From assembly GCA_051942205.1 (NCBI GenBank), contig JAVECO010000009.1, forward strand, positions 1 to 64,000: DNA of 64,000 nucleotides, given 5' to 3'. The position numbers were made by a program, and so were the translations under genes. This document shows, in pieces, positions 37,270-49,230 of the stretch; the first letter of the stretch is position 1, and the number at the start of each line of letters is the position of its first letter. The notes under the pieces are model-generated. The model worked only from the letters and a program-made list of their open reading frames with translations, ran no database searches and was not told the origin of the DNA. The stretch comes from Coniocarpon cinnabarinum. Its lineage: Eukaryota.

Positions 37270-38707
37270 ATGTCCGATCCCCAGCATACCGTCGACACGC
37301 TGAGAAGCCTTGACGGTATAACCGCTGACTCTTTCCAAGATGACCCATTGGCTCGCGGAAAAGCCCTCGCGGAAGCTCGTGCTTTAGTCGCCAGGCTTCA
37401 AACCCCCTTCGAATCCATGTTTCACATGTGTCACGAAATACCTGCCCTCAACGCCGCGCTGCGTGTTGCGCTCGACCAGGGCGTCTTCGATACTTTAGAG
37501 GAAAACAATGCAAGCCCCAAGACAGCCCAGCAACTGACGCGCTTTGGCGATCCGGCGCTGCTGAATCGCTTCCTTCGCCATCTCGCTGCCATGCATACCA
37601 TTGAACAGATTGCACCAGATCTTTATACATCAACCCGCCACTCCAAGGCACTGCGTCAACCGGCCATTAGCTCTGCTGTCAACATCTTTCGAGACCTCCA
37701 TGCCAGGGCATTCATTTCCTTCCCAACGTTTCTGAATCAGACAGACTATCGGAACCCGGACTCGGCGAGCCGCGGCAATTGGCAGTATATGCAAGGAAGT
37801 GACGAGTCCGTCTTTCAGTTTATGGCCCAAAATCCTGAGACGCAGAAAACCTTCGCCGACTTCATGTCGGGGTATAACTCACAGCGAAATTCGTGGGTTG
37901 ATCTGCTTCCAGAGAGCGCGATCTTTGACAACGCTGATGAAGAGGGCCCGCTTATCGTTGATATAGGTATGGCTCCACTCTCCCTTTTTTCCATTGTCGT
38001 TGGTCGAAGCTCGCTACTGCAGGTGGCTGCTGCTCGCTGCTGACGGCCGGAATAGGAGGCGGCATCGGGCATGATCTCACCAAGTTCCTGCGTAAATACC
38101 CCCAGTCTGCAGGTCGACTCGTTGTGCAGGACCTTCCGGAAACCTTTCGAGACGCTCACGTGGCGACTGGTATTGAAGCACAGGCTCATAGCTTTTTCGA
38201 CCCCCAACCGGTCATCGGCGCGAGAGGTAAGGCTCTGACCTCCTTCTCGTGTCTCATTCTCACAGCCAAAAGACCGCGACTGACGCTTCTCTTCAAGTTT
38301 ATTTCATGCACAGCGTGCTTCACGATTGGTGAGTCCCACCCCCGGCGTATTTGCCCGTTTGCGTTTGCGTCTGCGAACAGTCCGAAATCTGGGGCACATG
38401 GCTGTGTCAATCTTGGAATTGACACCCAAGCAGGCCAGATGATAAATGCCACGCCATCCTCTCAAATCTTGTGCCCGCCCTCCGCCGAAATTACAGTCGC
38501 CTGCTCCTCAACGAACTGGTCATCCCGGCTGAGAATGTGAGTCCGTACGCCACGACCGCCGATCTGACCATGGCTGCGTTTTTCAGCTCGCGCGAACGGA
38601 CGGAAGGCGAGTGGACTGCTATGCTGGAAGCGGCGGGATTTCGAATCGTAAAGATTTGGTTTGATCCGGCCGGATGGGAGGCGGTGATTGAAGCCGAGCT
38701 GGCGTGA
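37270..38707 (+). CDS. SAM-dependent O-methyltransferase (fungal secondary-metabolism type), 4 exons
   Basis: Spliced VDIG|GGIGHDL SAM motif; LVVQDLP; AHSFFDPQPVIGAR; YFMHSVLHDW|PDD; LLLNELVIP; ERTEGEW...AAGFRIVKIW. Confidence 0.92.
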
Positions 38708-39398
38708 TGTCGAAACTTCTCATATGAGGAGAAGAGTAGCCATGTGACTACCGCCACTGTTGTTCTATGCATCGTCGTGACATTGCTTTACTCTTTGCCA
38801 AGATGAATTGTCAAGCCCAGAGAATGTTCCAGAGTAAATGGTTTTGAGGCATGATTACAGTGTCAATTCCTGATCGTATATGAACGTGACGTGTATTTCA
38901 CTAGGCAGGTGGCTCATCTACGGGCGTGCACGTGATGATGTTCTACATCGGTCCATCGCCGAGAAACATCGGTGAGCGAGTAGGTGACTTGGTCGCGTCC
39001 TTTCCCGCCTCGAAGCTTTGTCCTCCGTCAACACGAGCTTTTCTTTTCTTCTCACTCCCTCGCGAGAAAGTCTCTTTTCCTATGCCTGCGCCTCATTGAT
39101 TTTGAAGCTGTGGGCTCTAGATTGTTGGTGCATCATTCAAGAAGTCTTTGCATTGCGCTTCGCACAGGTAAGTAGGCCTGCTTGGGCCATCTTCCAATTC
39201 TCACGACCTTAATGAGCCACCACTATCCTTGGCTTCGACCTTGAGTCCACCGAGAATGAGGATCAGCTCAATCCGTCTGCCGAGGTCTTGAAACGCTCAT
39301 TCTCGCAGCATGGACTCAACTTCAGCTCGAGAGTCTCGCGCCGCCATGAATTCACGTTCACTGACAAGCATCACAGCGCCCACTCTCCCACCTCCCCA

Positions 39399-40375
39399 AT
39401 GGCACCGCAAAAACCCACGCAAACCTCACCCACACCGATATTGCCCTCCTCAAACAAAATTGCCAAACCCCCCAAAAAGTCACGCGGAAAGGCTAAAAAC
39501 CCCGAAAAGCAACGCAGCCTGTAAGTTCCCCACAATCCCGTTATCACACCCGCAATCCTACTCATTTCTCTTTTCACGGCAGATTCGCCACCCCACTCCC
39601 CGAATCGATAGATCCACGCACGCTGGCGCAGTTCGAAGCCCAAGAGCCGATCACAGCGGATATGCCGCCGTTTCTGGTGACGCGCTGACGGCGCATCTTT
39701 CAGCGGGAGTATCTGGGAGCGCTGGACACGGCGAAGGAGCGGACGATGGCGTTTCAGAAGTTTACGGAGCATCGCTGGGGTGTTGTGCGCCGAGTGGAAG
39801 CGGAGCGTTTGGGGAGGACGTCTGATGTGAGGGAGGAGGGGAACGGTGACGGCGAGGGAACTGAGGAGGTTGTGGAGAATGTCAAAAAAGAGGGGCTGGT
39901 TCCGTGCGATGGGGTGGACGGGGGAAGGGAGTGGGCTGGCGACAATTACGAGGACGCGAAATTTGAGCGGCTCTACACGTACGATAAGGAGGATGTCAAG
40001 GATTAGTGGCGAATCTTCTGGGGCGTGGAGGACGGGGAGCACGAGTAGCTAGACGTCGCCTCCAACGCGGAGGACGTCTAAGGCCAAGGCTCAGAAATCA
40101 CGCATAATGCGAAACATGTCGAACTCTGGGAGCGAACAGCCATCGATGAGCAAGGTGACGCTCCGTCGACGGCAAGTCCAAAATCCCATATTCTGATCCC
40201 TGTTGTTACGGATCTTGCTGTCAATAGAGCTAATCTGCCGTTGATGGAGCTTACACATGGGCTTCAACCATCGCAGTTGCGGTTCACTTCGTTTTCAGTA
40301 CATATCCATTGTACGTGCGGAGAAACGGCGGAACACCTCAGTGACAGTGTCCATCTAATGCAAATTGCCTCTTGA
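39399..40375 (+). pseudogene. Orphan ORF with one intron (39521-39582) and four in-frame stops
   Basis: After splicing, one frame runs to TGA 40373-40375, interrupted by TGA 39686, TAG 40004, TAG 40046 and TAA 40079, with no frameshift. Confidence 0.5.
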
Positions 40376-40483
40376 TTGGAAAAGACATCGTATGCGACGA
40401 AATCATTGAAAGAGATATATTGACTCCAAAGTGACGCTATGTTCCAACCGATTCTCCACCCGTGTTCCTACATGCCATGGAAG

Positions 40484-40845
40484 AAACACAAATCAGACAT
40501 TTCACAAAGTCGAATACGACTAGAGAAACAGGGCCAATGCCTCAATTTACCTCAAGCCACTGCCTCCTTCGAGATAGGGAGGGTCCTGCCCTCTCAGCAA
40601 TACCGATGATGATTACTCCTCTCTTCCTCATCTCTAAGGTCTTGTTTCTCCAACTAACACTGAGATTGTACGTGTAAAAAACGAGACAAATCAAACCTTT
40701 CATAAAGTCGAGTACGACCAGAGAAACAGGTTCAATGCCTTAATCCATTCTAAGCCAATCTCTCTCGACAAGTCAACAGCTTCTCCCTCTCAATAACGAC
40801 GAAGATGATTCCTCCTCTCTTCCCTATCTCCAAAATCTCGTTTCG
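40484..40845. repeat. Diverged tandem duplication, period about 200 bp
   Basis: acaaatca.ac.tttca.aaagtcga.tacgac.agagaaacagg..caatgcct.aat ... gatgatt.ctcctctcttcc.atctc.aa occurs twice. Confidence 0.75.
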
Positions 40846-41771
40846 TTTCTCTGGCTCTTTTCATTCTCATGCCGCTCCTATTCTCTAAATCAATGCGCTA
40901 ACACGATAGCGTAGAAATGAGAGTTTGTGCATATTAAACGATTGCACTCGTTGCTGTCACGGCATTGATCTAATTGACTTGAGTTTTTTGGTGACGCGGA
41001 TGCGATTGTAAATGCATTTTATAGATGCGCTTTACGTGTCTTTACGGATGCGCTTTGCAAATGCACTTTGCAAAGGCATGGTAGATTGAATCAAGAACAC
41101 GTCAGAGACGAAGCCAGTCGAGATGGAACAAGACGAGCTGGGCCAAGACGAGCCGAGTCTACACAAGATTACGGATACAAACCGCGTCTAAGATATACTC
41201 AACCTCACATTCCAATCTGACTTCACAAACCAAGTCATTACACAGATATCTTCCACGAGCTTCAAAACTGTGGTGCATGCCTGACAACAACATACGCTAT
41301 GATGAAAAGCGTAATCATCGTTTCATTATCGTGGACATATTGAGAAGGATGTTACAATTCATGATGGTTTTCTGATAGGTTCATGCGGATGGAGTCCTGG
41401 CGATTGATTCGTGGGTTTGCTTAACTCACCTCAATTCAAGACCGGTGGCTCAAGACTAATGTCTGAATTTGACGTTGACCTCGTCTGGATAGATGCATGA
41501 CCTGAACCGCGACCTCAATCATCTTACATTGTCGAACAAATCTCACATTGTCCAAAAAACCAGCAACGAGTTCTTTAAGCAACGACAATCCGCCAGAAAA
41601 TGGCGATCACCTAAAAAAGAAGCTGGGGCAGAGAGTGAGGGCGGGCAGTAAGCTAGAGCTTGTCAAGACGAGAAAGCTACGAGGATTACTCTCTCGAACA
41701 CAAAAAAAAAAAGCACAGAGACAAAAAATCCATCACTAATGAGGAGGTTGGAAATCGGCCACAAGAGATGG

Positions 41772-41905
41772 GCCTCGTGGGATGGTATCTCGTGGGGTAG
41801 TACCTCGTGGAAGAGTATTTCGTGGGATGATACCAGGTAAGCTGATACCTCGTGATATTACCTCATGGCATACCTCATGGCATACCTCATGATAGTACCT
41901 CACGG
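41772..41905 (+). repeat. Minisatellite with TACCTCRTGG-like core, units about 12-16 bp
   Basis: cctcgtggga / tatctcgtgg / tacctcgtgg / tatttcgtgg / tacctcgtga / tacctcatgg x2 / tacctcatga / tacctcacgg. Confidence 0.8.
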
Positions 41906-42251
41906 AATATCCAATACATACCGACCTCTAATCCATCGCTCATCACTCCAAAGACCATCTGATACTCAAGGCTTGTACTCAAGGCTTGTGCTAAATCATG
42001 CCGAATCGTTGTGAATCGTCTAAACGTATAGACCCCTCGCCTGAACTCAGATCCAGCATCGACCTTCATCCGTAAGTTTTGGCTTGTTGAGGTGGAGAGT
42101 ACGCCTCTCTACTACTATAAGAAGCTATTACCGTAATCAGCTACTACTGTAAGAAGTTGTCATGGAGCGTGATAGAAAGAAAGGGTGAGAGTGCTTTGGA
42201 AAGAGCCGTATTAGAAGAGAGCCCCATCAGGAGAGAGCCCCCTCATGAAGC

Positions 42252-42329
42252 GAGCACCACAAGGGAACATCATGACAGAGCACTACAAGGAAACGTCATG
42301 ACAAACCACCACAAGGGAACGTCATGACA
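42252..42329 (+). repeat. Three tandem 26-bp repeats
   Basis: gagcaccacaagggaacatcatgaca / gagcactacaaggaaacgtcatgaca / aaccaccacaagggaacgtcatgaca. Confidence 0.9.
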
Positions 42330-43010
42330 GCGCTATGGAAGGAGCTTCATGAGGAGCTTCATCAACTTCATAAAGGAGCTTCATATAAGCATCAGGGAGA
42401 GAGAGCTGGAGAGAGAGCTGAAGAGAGAACCGCGAATCGCGGAATGATACGGGCGAGTCATGGCTACATAGGTTGAAATATGCTTTAGCTACATTAATAC
42501 ATTCGTTTGACTTTGCCTTTTAAAAGCGGATGAGGTAAATACTCCGAGCGAGATGGCAAGAGTTGACGCTGTAGCTTCGACGTTTTAGATTTTGTGTCTT
42601 TCTGTATGAGAAGGTATTTACCTGCTGGTGATTGTAGAAGATGGTGACATGATTGTAGATGATGGTGGATGATGGTGACGTAGTCATATGGTGGAATAGC
42701 GTTATGATACCCTGTATGCGATGATTTGTGGATGCGGGAGGATAGTTGGAGGTGTGAGATATACACGCGAGATAGATGTCTTCGATACCGATCTGGCACT
42801 GACTGTATGTGTCGAAAGGCTTCAGAAACGCAAAAGAACGCAAAGAAATTCACTCAAGAGAACGGGCAACCTTGACATTGATTGCAGATGAGACAACGCG
42901 ATGCATTCATCTCGCTATCTTCGACGCCTGCAGTTCACCTCATTCACTCCATGCTGATCGACACCGGTCCATCTCACACACTCCTCTTCCACACTCTTCA
43001 AGGCATAAAC

Positions 43011-43851
43011 CTAGTGACCCGCCCGACGGGCCTCAGCGATCACTTTCGTCATCTCATCGACCTTTCTTTTCGCGCGGCCGAACGTCCCAAGTCGCTTCTT
43101 GGCTAGCTTGCGGGCGCGCTTGTCTTTGCTGTTGCGGAGGAGTTCGATGACGCGACGTTCGTAGGGGGCGAGTCTGGCGTTCTTGTCAGCTTTTGATGTC
43201 ACATCCGTATGAATTATTTTATGAGAATGTATTTTCTGGGAATATGTCTTGATCTTGAAGTGGGGTGTGTTTTTTATGCTGCTGAAGCGCCCTGATGTAT
43301 TCGGAGGTCTGAGGCAATTCTCGCTAGGTCATAGTCGATGAATGCACGTCGTGATGTTGCGTACTCGTGCGACGTAGCTCTGTGCCGGTGCACATTGTGC
43401 ATCGACTCATCGACCCTGTCTCCACGATTTTCGCGCGTTCCCAAGTCCACTGCAAGTCCGACATGTCTTCTCGCAGACTGCCATGTATCGACTCAAGGCT
43501 CGAAGAAAGTCTCAAACATACCCCGCCACTTCCTTAACAATCTCCCGCACGAAACTCGTACGCTTGCTCAGTCGTCCCTTCGATTGCGAAATACGCGCGG
43601 GCGGGGTGATGGGCGTTACTTTCTGTGTTATCAACATCAGCCTTCTTATATCCAATTCAAGTTTCCGTCTAGCTGCGCATAGTCGCAAGTCGAAAGAGAA
43701 AGGTTTGCTGCGGGTGTCTGCGCGCGACTCCAAACTGGTTTGATGTGGGGGGGTCGGTAGTGTGGTGATATCAGAGAAAGGGGAGTGAACGTACGTGACC
43801 ATGATTGAGGCCGCGGATGATGCCGCTCTTTTGCTTGACATCCTTCGGCAT
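43011..43851 (-). CDS. RPL36: 60S ribosomal protein L36 (eL36), 3 exons
   Basis: [94 protein letters not shown]. Confidence 0.95.
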
Positions 43852-44128
43852 GTTGGCGACGATGTCGAAGGGGTGATGTGGAGAGAGTATCGTGACCAGG
43901 ACGATTGAAGAGTTTGGAGGCTTCGGCTAGTGTGCGGGATTGAAAAGTGATGACTAAGCAAGTCTTGGCGCAATAGGCCAAACACGATCGCAAGCAGTGA
44001 GAGGTACCCACAAAATTGCTATTGCAAGAGAACCTTGACTTTTGTCGAATATTCAATGATGACTGTCAAATTGAGATAAGTCTATAATGCCATTACACGC
44101 CATCTAGATGCAGATGTAAAACATCGCT

Positions 44129-47100
44129 CTATTCAGTTTTAGCCCTCTTCAACTTCGCAACATCGACCTTATCGCTCATGTAAACGCGTCTCTCGAAAAA
44201 CTTCAGCACCTCATCGATTAGTAATACAGGCGCACTGATAGCCATGACAGCCGCCCACTCCTTGACATCAAGTGGTATGATCTGGAAGAGACTCTGTAAG
44301 AACGGGATGTAAAGTAGGCCGAAGTGCAAAACCATGGAGAGAGTGATGGCGTAGACGAGGATCATATTCTTCCAAAGAGGAAGAGTCAGGAGAGACTCAG
44401 AGGATGAGAGCGCGTTCATGGCGTTGAGCATTTCGATGACGACGAGGATAGATAGAGAAACAGTGGAGGCGGACTTGGCGGCGTCGGACGTGAACATGCC
44501 GCATCCGATTTCAGGAAATTCGGAGGAGCAGCGGTGGAAGTGAGTCTAGAATTTGTGTTAGCATTTGAGGCGAAAGCAAAGCGTCACAGGTGGCGAGGCT
44601 CACCAGTTGGTAGAAATTGATCTGCGGCCCCTCAGGGTTGTAAATGAACCACCATGCGTAACCAAATACAGTGGCGCCACCCACGTAAATACCAATGACC
44701 ATGTACCGGAAGAATAACCATCCACTGACGAGGGGGTCGTCTCGTTTGCGCGGTTGACGACGCATGATATCGTGGTCCGGCGGGTTGAAGGAAAGAGCAG
44801 TCGCTGGAAGCCCGTCGGTCACCAAGTTGACCCAAAGGAGCTGTACTGGAATCAAAGCTTCAGGCATGCCAGCCGCGGCGGTCAGGAAGATAGAGACAAC
44901 CTCGCCGATGTTCGAGGAGATAAGATAACGAATGAATTGTTGCGTGTTGTTGTAAATGGAGCGACCTTCCTCGACCGCGGTCTCAATGGTAGCAAAATTG
45001 TTGTCTGCAAGAACCATATCAGCAGCAAGCTTGGCGACATCGGTACCAGCGCCCATGGCAACACCAATGTCTGCTTTTTTCAGCGCAGGCGCATCGTTGA
45101 CGCCATCGCCGGTCATCGCAACGACTTCACCAGCACGTTGGAGAAGATCCACCAGACGTGATTTGTGGCCAGGTTCGGTGCGCGAGAACAGAGATGCTCG
45201 CTTCGCAGCGTCAATTTGCTCAATCTCGCTGAGATCATCAAATTGTCTGCCAGTGTAGCTCCGTCCACGAATATCCTCGTCCACGCCAAAGACCCCGATA
45301 GACTTGCAAATGGCTTCTGCTGTGTTTTGATTGTCGCCAGTGATGACCACCACTCGAACGCCAGCTTCATGGCACCGGCGGATGGATTCGGCGACTTCAG
45401 GACGTGGCGGGTCAAGCATAGTCGCTAGACCAAGTAGAGTCATGTTCTGCTCGATCTGGGCATACTCTTTCGTGTTCTTAGCTGAGCCGATCAAAGGGTG
45501 CGACGACACGTCTTCAACAACAGCAAGAGCAATGACTCGAAGACCATTGCTGCCATTTCTGGCCACTTCTGCGTTGAGCTTCGACGCCAGATCCTGGGTC
45601 ATTGGGATGGTCTGACCATTTGCACCAGCAACCACATTGGCACAACGATCAAAAATCGCTTCAGGTGCGCCTTTGACCAACAGCGCTTTCTTGTTCTTCT
45701 TCTGCACGCACACAGACATGCTCTTGCGATCGCGCGAAAATTCATACGTCGCGAGGCGAGGGCTCTGAGTTTCGAAATGTTTTGAAGCATGATGCAACCT
45801 TTGACCTGAAGACCCCGAAGTTCTAGCAGCGTTGTGAGTAGCATCTGGTGTCCCAATCTTTTCGGCCAGGACCTTCAGAGCACCTTCTGTGGGCTCGCCA
45901 ATGATGGAGTAGGAATTGGTTTCTTGACTGAAAGACAACGTGGCATCGTTGCACAGCGCGCAGACTTCAGCAATCTGTGCCACGGTTGAGGAGGAGCCTG
46001 CAATGTTTTGAACGGGCTTGCCCCCTTGATAGATATTGCCACTTGGCTCAAAGCTGGTGCCCTCAACGTCCAATGTCTCCATCCCGACCCCATCTTTACG
46101 GATAAACATGAGTTTATTGACACTCATTTGATTTGTGGTGATTGTTCCAGTCTTGTCCGAGCATATCACGCTGCAGCTACCAAGCGTCTCGACAGAGGGC
46201 AGACTGCGTACAATAGCATTTTTCTGCGCCATCTTGCGAGTTCCCAATGCCAAGCACGTCGTGATAACCGCAGCGAGTCCTTCGGGAATGGCAGCCACAC
46301 CCAGCGAAACAGCAATCTTGAGGTAGTAGATTGCACCCTTTGCCCAGCTGCCGCCATGCGATGGATCATTGAAATGTTGAATATTGATGAGCCAAACCAG
46401 TATGCAAATGACGGTGATGACTTTTGCAAGCATATCGCCAAAGTCATTGAGCTTCTCCTTCAGCGGCGTGGGTTGAGATATCTGCGACGTGATGCTCTCA
46501 TGGATGTCACCGATAGCTGTATTAGGACCAGTCAATACCACGACTGCAAGCGCGTGTCCTGTCACTACAGTCGTGCCGGAGAAGGTCATATTCATTTGAT
46601 CTTGTTTGACTGCTTGCTCATCTTTAATCGGCGTCGGAACTTTGGGCACGCTTTGACTCTCGCCCGTGAGGATGGACTGGTCAACCTGGAAGGCATTGCT
46701 TTGGATGTGCAGTATTCGACAATCAGCGGGAACCCTATCGCCAACCGCAATGGTCACGATGTCCCCTGGGACTAGCTCTTCGGCATTGATGCGTTTCGAT
46801 ACGCCGTCGCGGATAACTTTAGCTTCATTGGCCGAGTACTTCTGCAATGCCGAAATTGCTTTCTCGGCGCTGGTCTCCTGCGACACGCCGACGATTGCGT
46901 TGAGTACGAGAATGGTCAGAATCTTTGGAGTCATCGGTGAGCACAGGTAGGGCCGCAACACTTGGGAGTAAATACGTACAACGACCGGGTCAACGAAAGC
47001 TGTCCAATCGCCATCTTCCTCGAAGAGAGCGAGCACGAAGGAGAGAGCAGCGGAACCGAGGAGAATGATGACTAGCTGGTCTTTGAATTGCTCTAGGACG

Positions 47101-47314
47101 AGCTCCCATAGCGGTGTTGGTGGATCTTCAGGCAGAGCTGCGGGAAACTTTTTAGCCAAGCTCAAAAATAAATCGGAGGCGCGAGCAATTTCATACCGTT
47201 CAGCCCATGTCTGCGCTGCGAGTCTTGCACCTGGCTGCTAGAGAGACCTCTGGAATCGTCAACACCGAAGTGTTTGAGCACCTCTGCAGGCTGCTTGACA
47301 AAGGCGTCGTTCAT
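44129..47314 (-). CDS. SERCA-type (P2A) ER calcium-transporting ATPase, 4 exons
   Basis: [32 protein letters not shown] phosphorylation site; [45 protein letters not shown]. Confidence 0.96.
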
Positions 47315-47935
47315 GGTAGGCAAACAGCCCGCGGTGTCACTGGCACTCCGAATCGAAGGAGAAGTGTCTGACCTGCTCGTCACACGGATACCATAAGGAT
47401 TGGAGTCGGGCTGGCCCTTGATTATGAAACAGTCAATGCGCCGCAAACGCCATGAACGAAAGCATTGGAGAAAAAAGTTTGGAGACGAAAGCAACACGTG
47501 TCATCATGGCGGGCGATCATTGTGCCTTGCAGCAGCCCTTAACTCCGGCGGCTTGACGCCTAATACCCGGGCATACCAAATAGCGTTCTTCTGCAGGAAG
47601 CGGCAGCGACGCTTAAAAGATTCAAGGCCGGTGGGCATTACAGCGTTTGAGATAGATTGGTGTCTTTTGATTTCTCCATATGTACTAAGGGCCAATGTAT
47701 ATACAATGCTTCATCAGATCGTTCCTCACTCAGAGGTTCAGTAGCGACAGTATTGCTGGTATTGCCTCCATGCTGTTCCCTGTCACCAAACCATCCTCGC
47801 TCAACAAAATGCAACTCAAAAATCCCACTGTTTGAATCGAAACAGAAATCAACGACGCCAGTAGATGCATCAAGTGGCCAGAAACTTCATTTGAATGAAT
47901 GTGATCAATTTTGCAAAGAATGTGGTGATTGCGCG

Positions 47936-49230
47936 TTACGCTGTCGTCGTATTGGCTATCGCAGGGAGTTGGTCAATCTTCATAGGCTCAACCTTTGGTG
48001 GACCGCCTGTCAAGGTCGAGCCACCCATCGCGGCGTTGACAACGCGGGACGCCTCAGCTGGATCAGCAGCAGGGACTGGCTGTTCCAGTGGCCCGGCTGT
48101 GGGCGGTTCCAAGGGCTCGTTGTAGCTACCTAGGCCTCCGTTGCCCTCGCCAGGTGTTTGGTAGACACTCATGTAGTTAATCGACCAGTACGCCTCCTTG
48201 AAGTCACCCGGACTGCCAGCCACGTAAGCTTGGCAGTTGCCGCCAGCTCGTGATCCACAGACGGGGTCGGAGCCGAAGACAGAACCACCCCAGTCGCCGC
48301 AAAAAGTGGTGTCGAAGACAACATTGTGTTGAGCGAAGTGGCCGGGAATGTTGCAGCTGTTGGCATGGTTTGCACGTGGTGTTCCCCATGACCCTGGGTT
48401 GGGAGCTCCGGCAGTGATATCTCCTGGAATTGCATTGCGTGGGAAGAACCAGACCTTGATGGATGCACCGGTCCACTCCATGGCGTAGACACCACCACCA
48501 TTTTGGTTGAACGGTGTGCCGTACACATTGGCACCTTTATCAGAGACGCCGCAACCGGAGTTGCTCTGGTTAGGATCGTACTGGTAACAGTCGCCGGTCA
48601 CCACACTTGCAGTCCCACCCGCACCCGTCGTTGAGCATTGGTCCGAAGTGTGAAGCGAGATCAAGTTGGTGGTTTGAGAGTTGACGCCTTCAATGATGTC
48701 TGCGCCCCTGTTAGCAGCTTGTTTGCCTTTGACAGACCGACGTCACTGACCAATTTCGCCTTGATTGGGCCAGTTGGGCCCAACGGTCCACCAGGCTGGC
48801 CAGGTGCCACAGACACCACCACTGTAGAGGTCACGGGTCAGCTATTGCATAAAGTTATGGTGCAGCACGTGAGATGTACTTACGGCATGTGCTGAGCATC
48901 GAGGATGAACAGGCCTTCAGTATAGGACGCCTTCGATGTCAAGCGTACACTTTGACGACCACCTTGACTGCCATCGGCCGCGAGTACACTGGTGTAGTCG
49001 ACTCCCATGTACACTTGACTGCCGGATGTGGAGATTAGGCCGTTGCCCTGAGCGGTGCCTTGATTGACATAGTTCACAAAGCCGTGCGTTGGATCACCAC
49101 CCGTGAAGAAGTCAAACCCGTCAAAGAAGTTACTGCCCTGCCTGTGGTCCACCAGGTTGTATTGGGCAAGGGATGAGGGAATGATGGTAGCTAATGAGAT
49201 CAGCAGGGCACTGCCCATCTTCGGAGCCAT
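47936..49230 (-). CDS. Secreted GH16 endo-1,3(4)-beta-glucanase (fungal laminarinase-like), 3 exons
   Basis: Signal peptide; [33 protein letters not shown]...GEI|DIIEGVN catalytic motif; [18 protein letters not shown]. Confidence 0.92.

Noticed and set aside
42252..42329. 26-bp repeats as a CRISPR array
   Set aside because: The repeats are directly adjacent with no spacers, there are no cas genes, and the context is eukaryotic.
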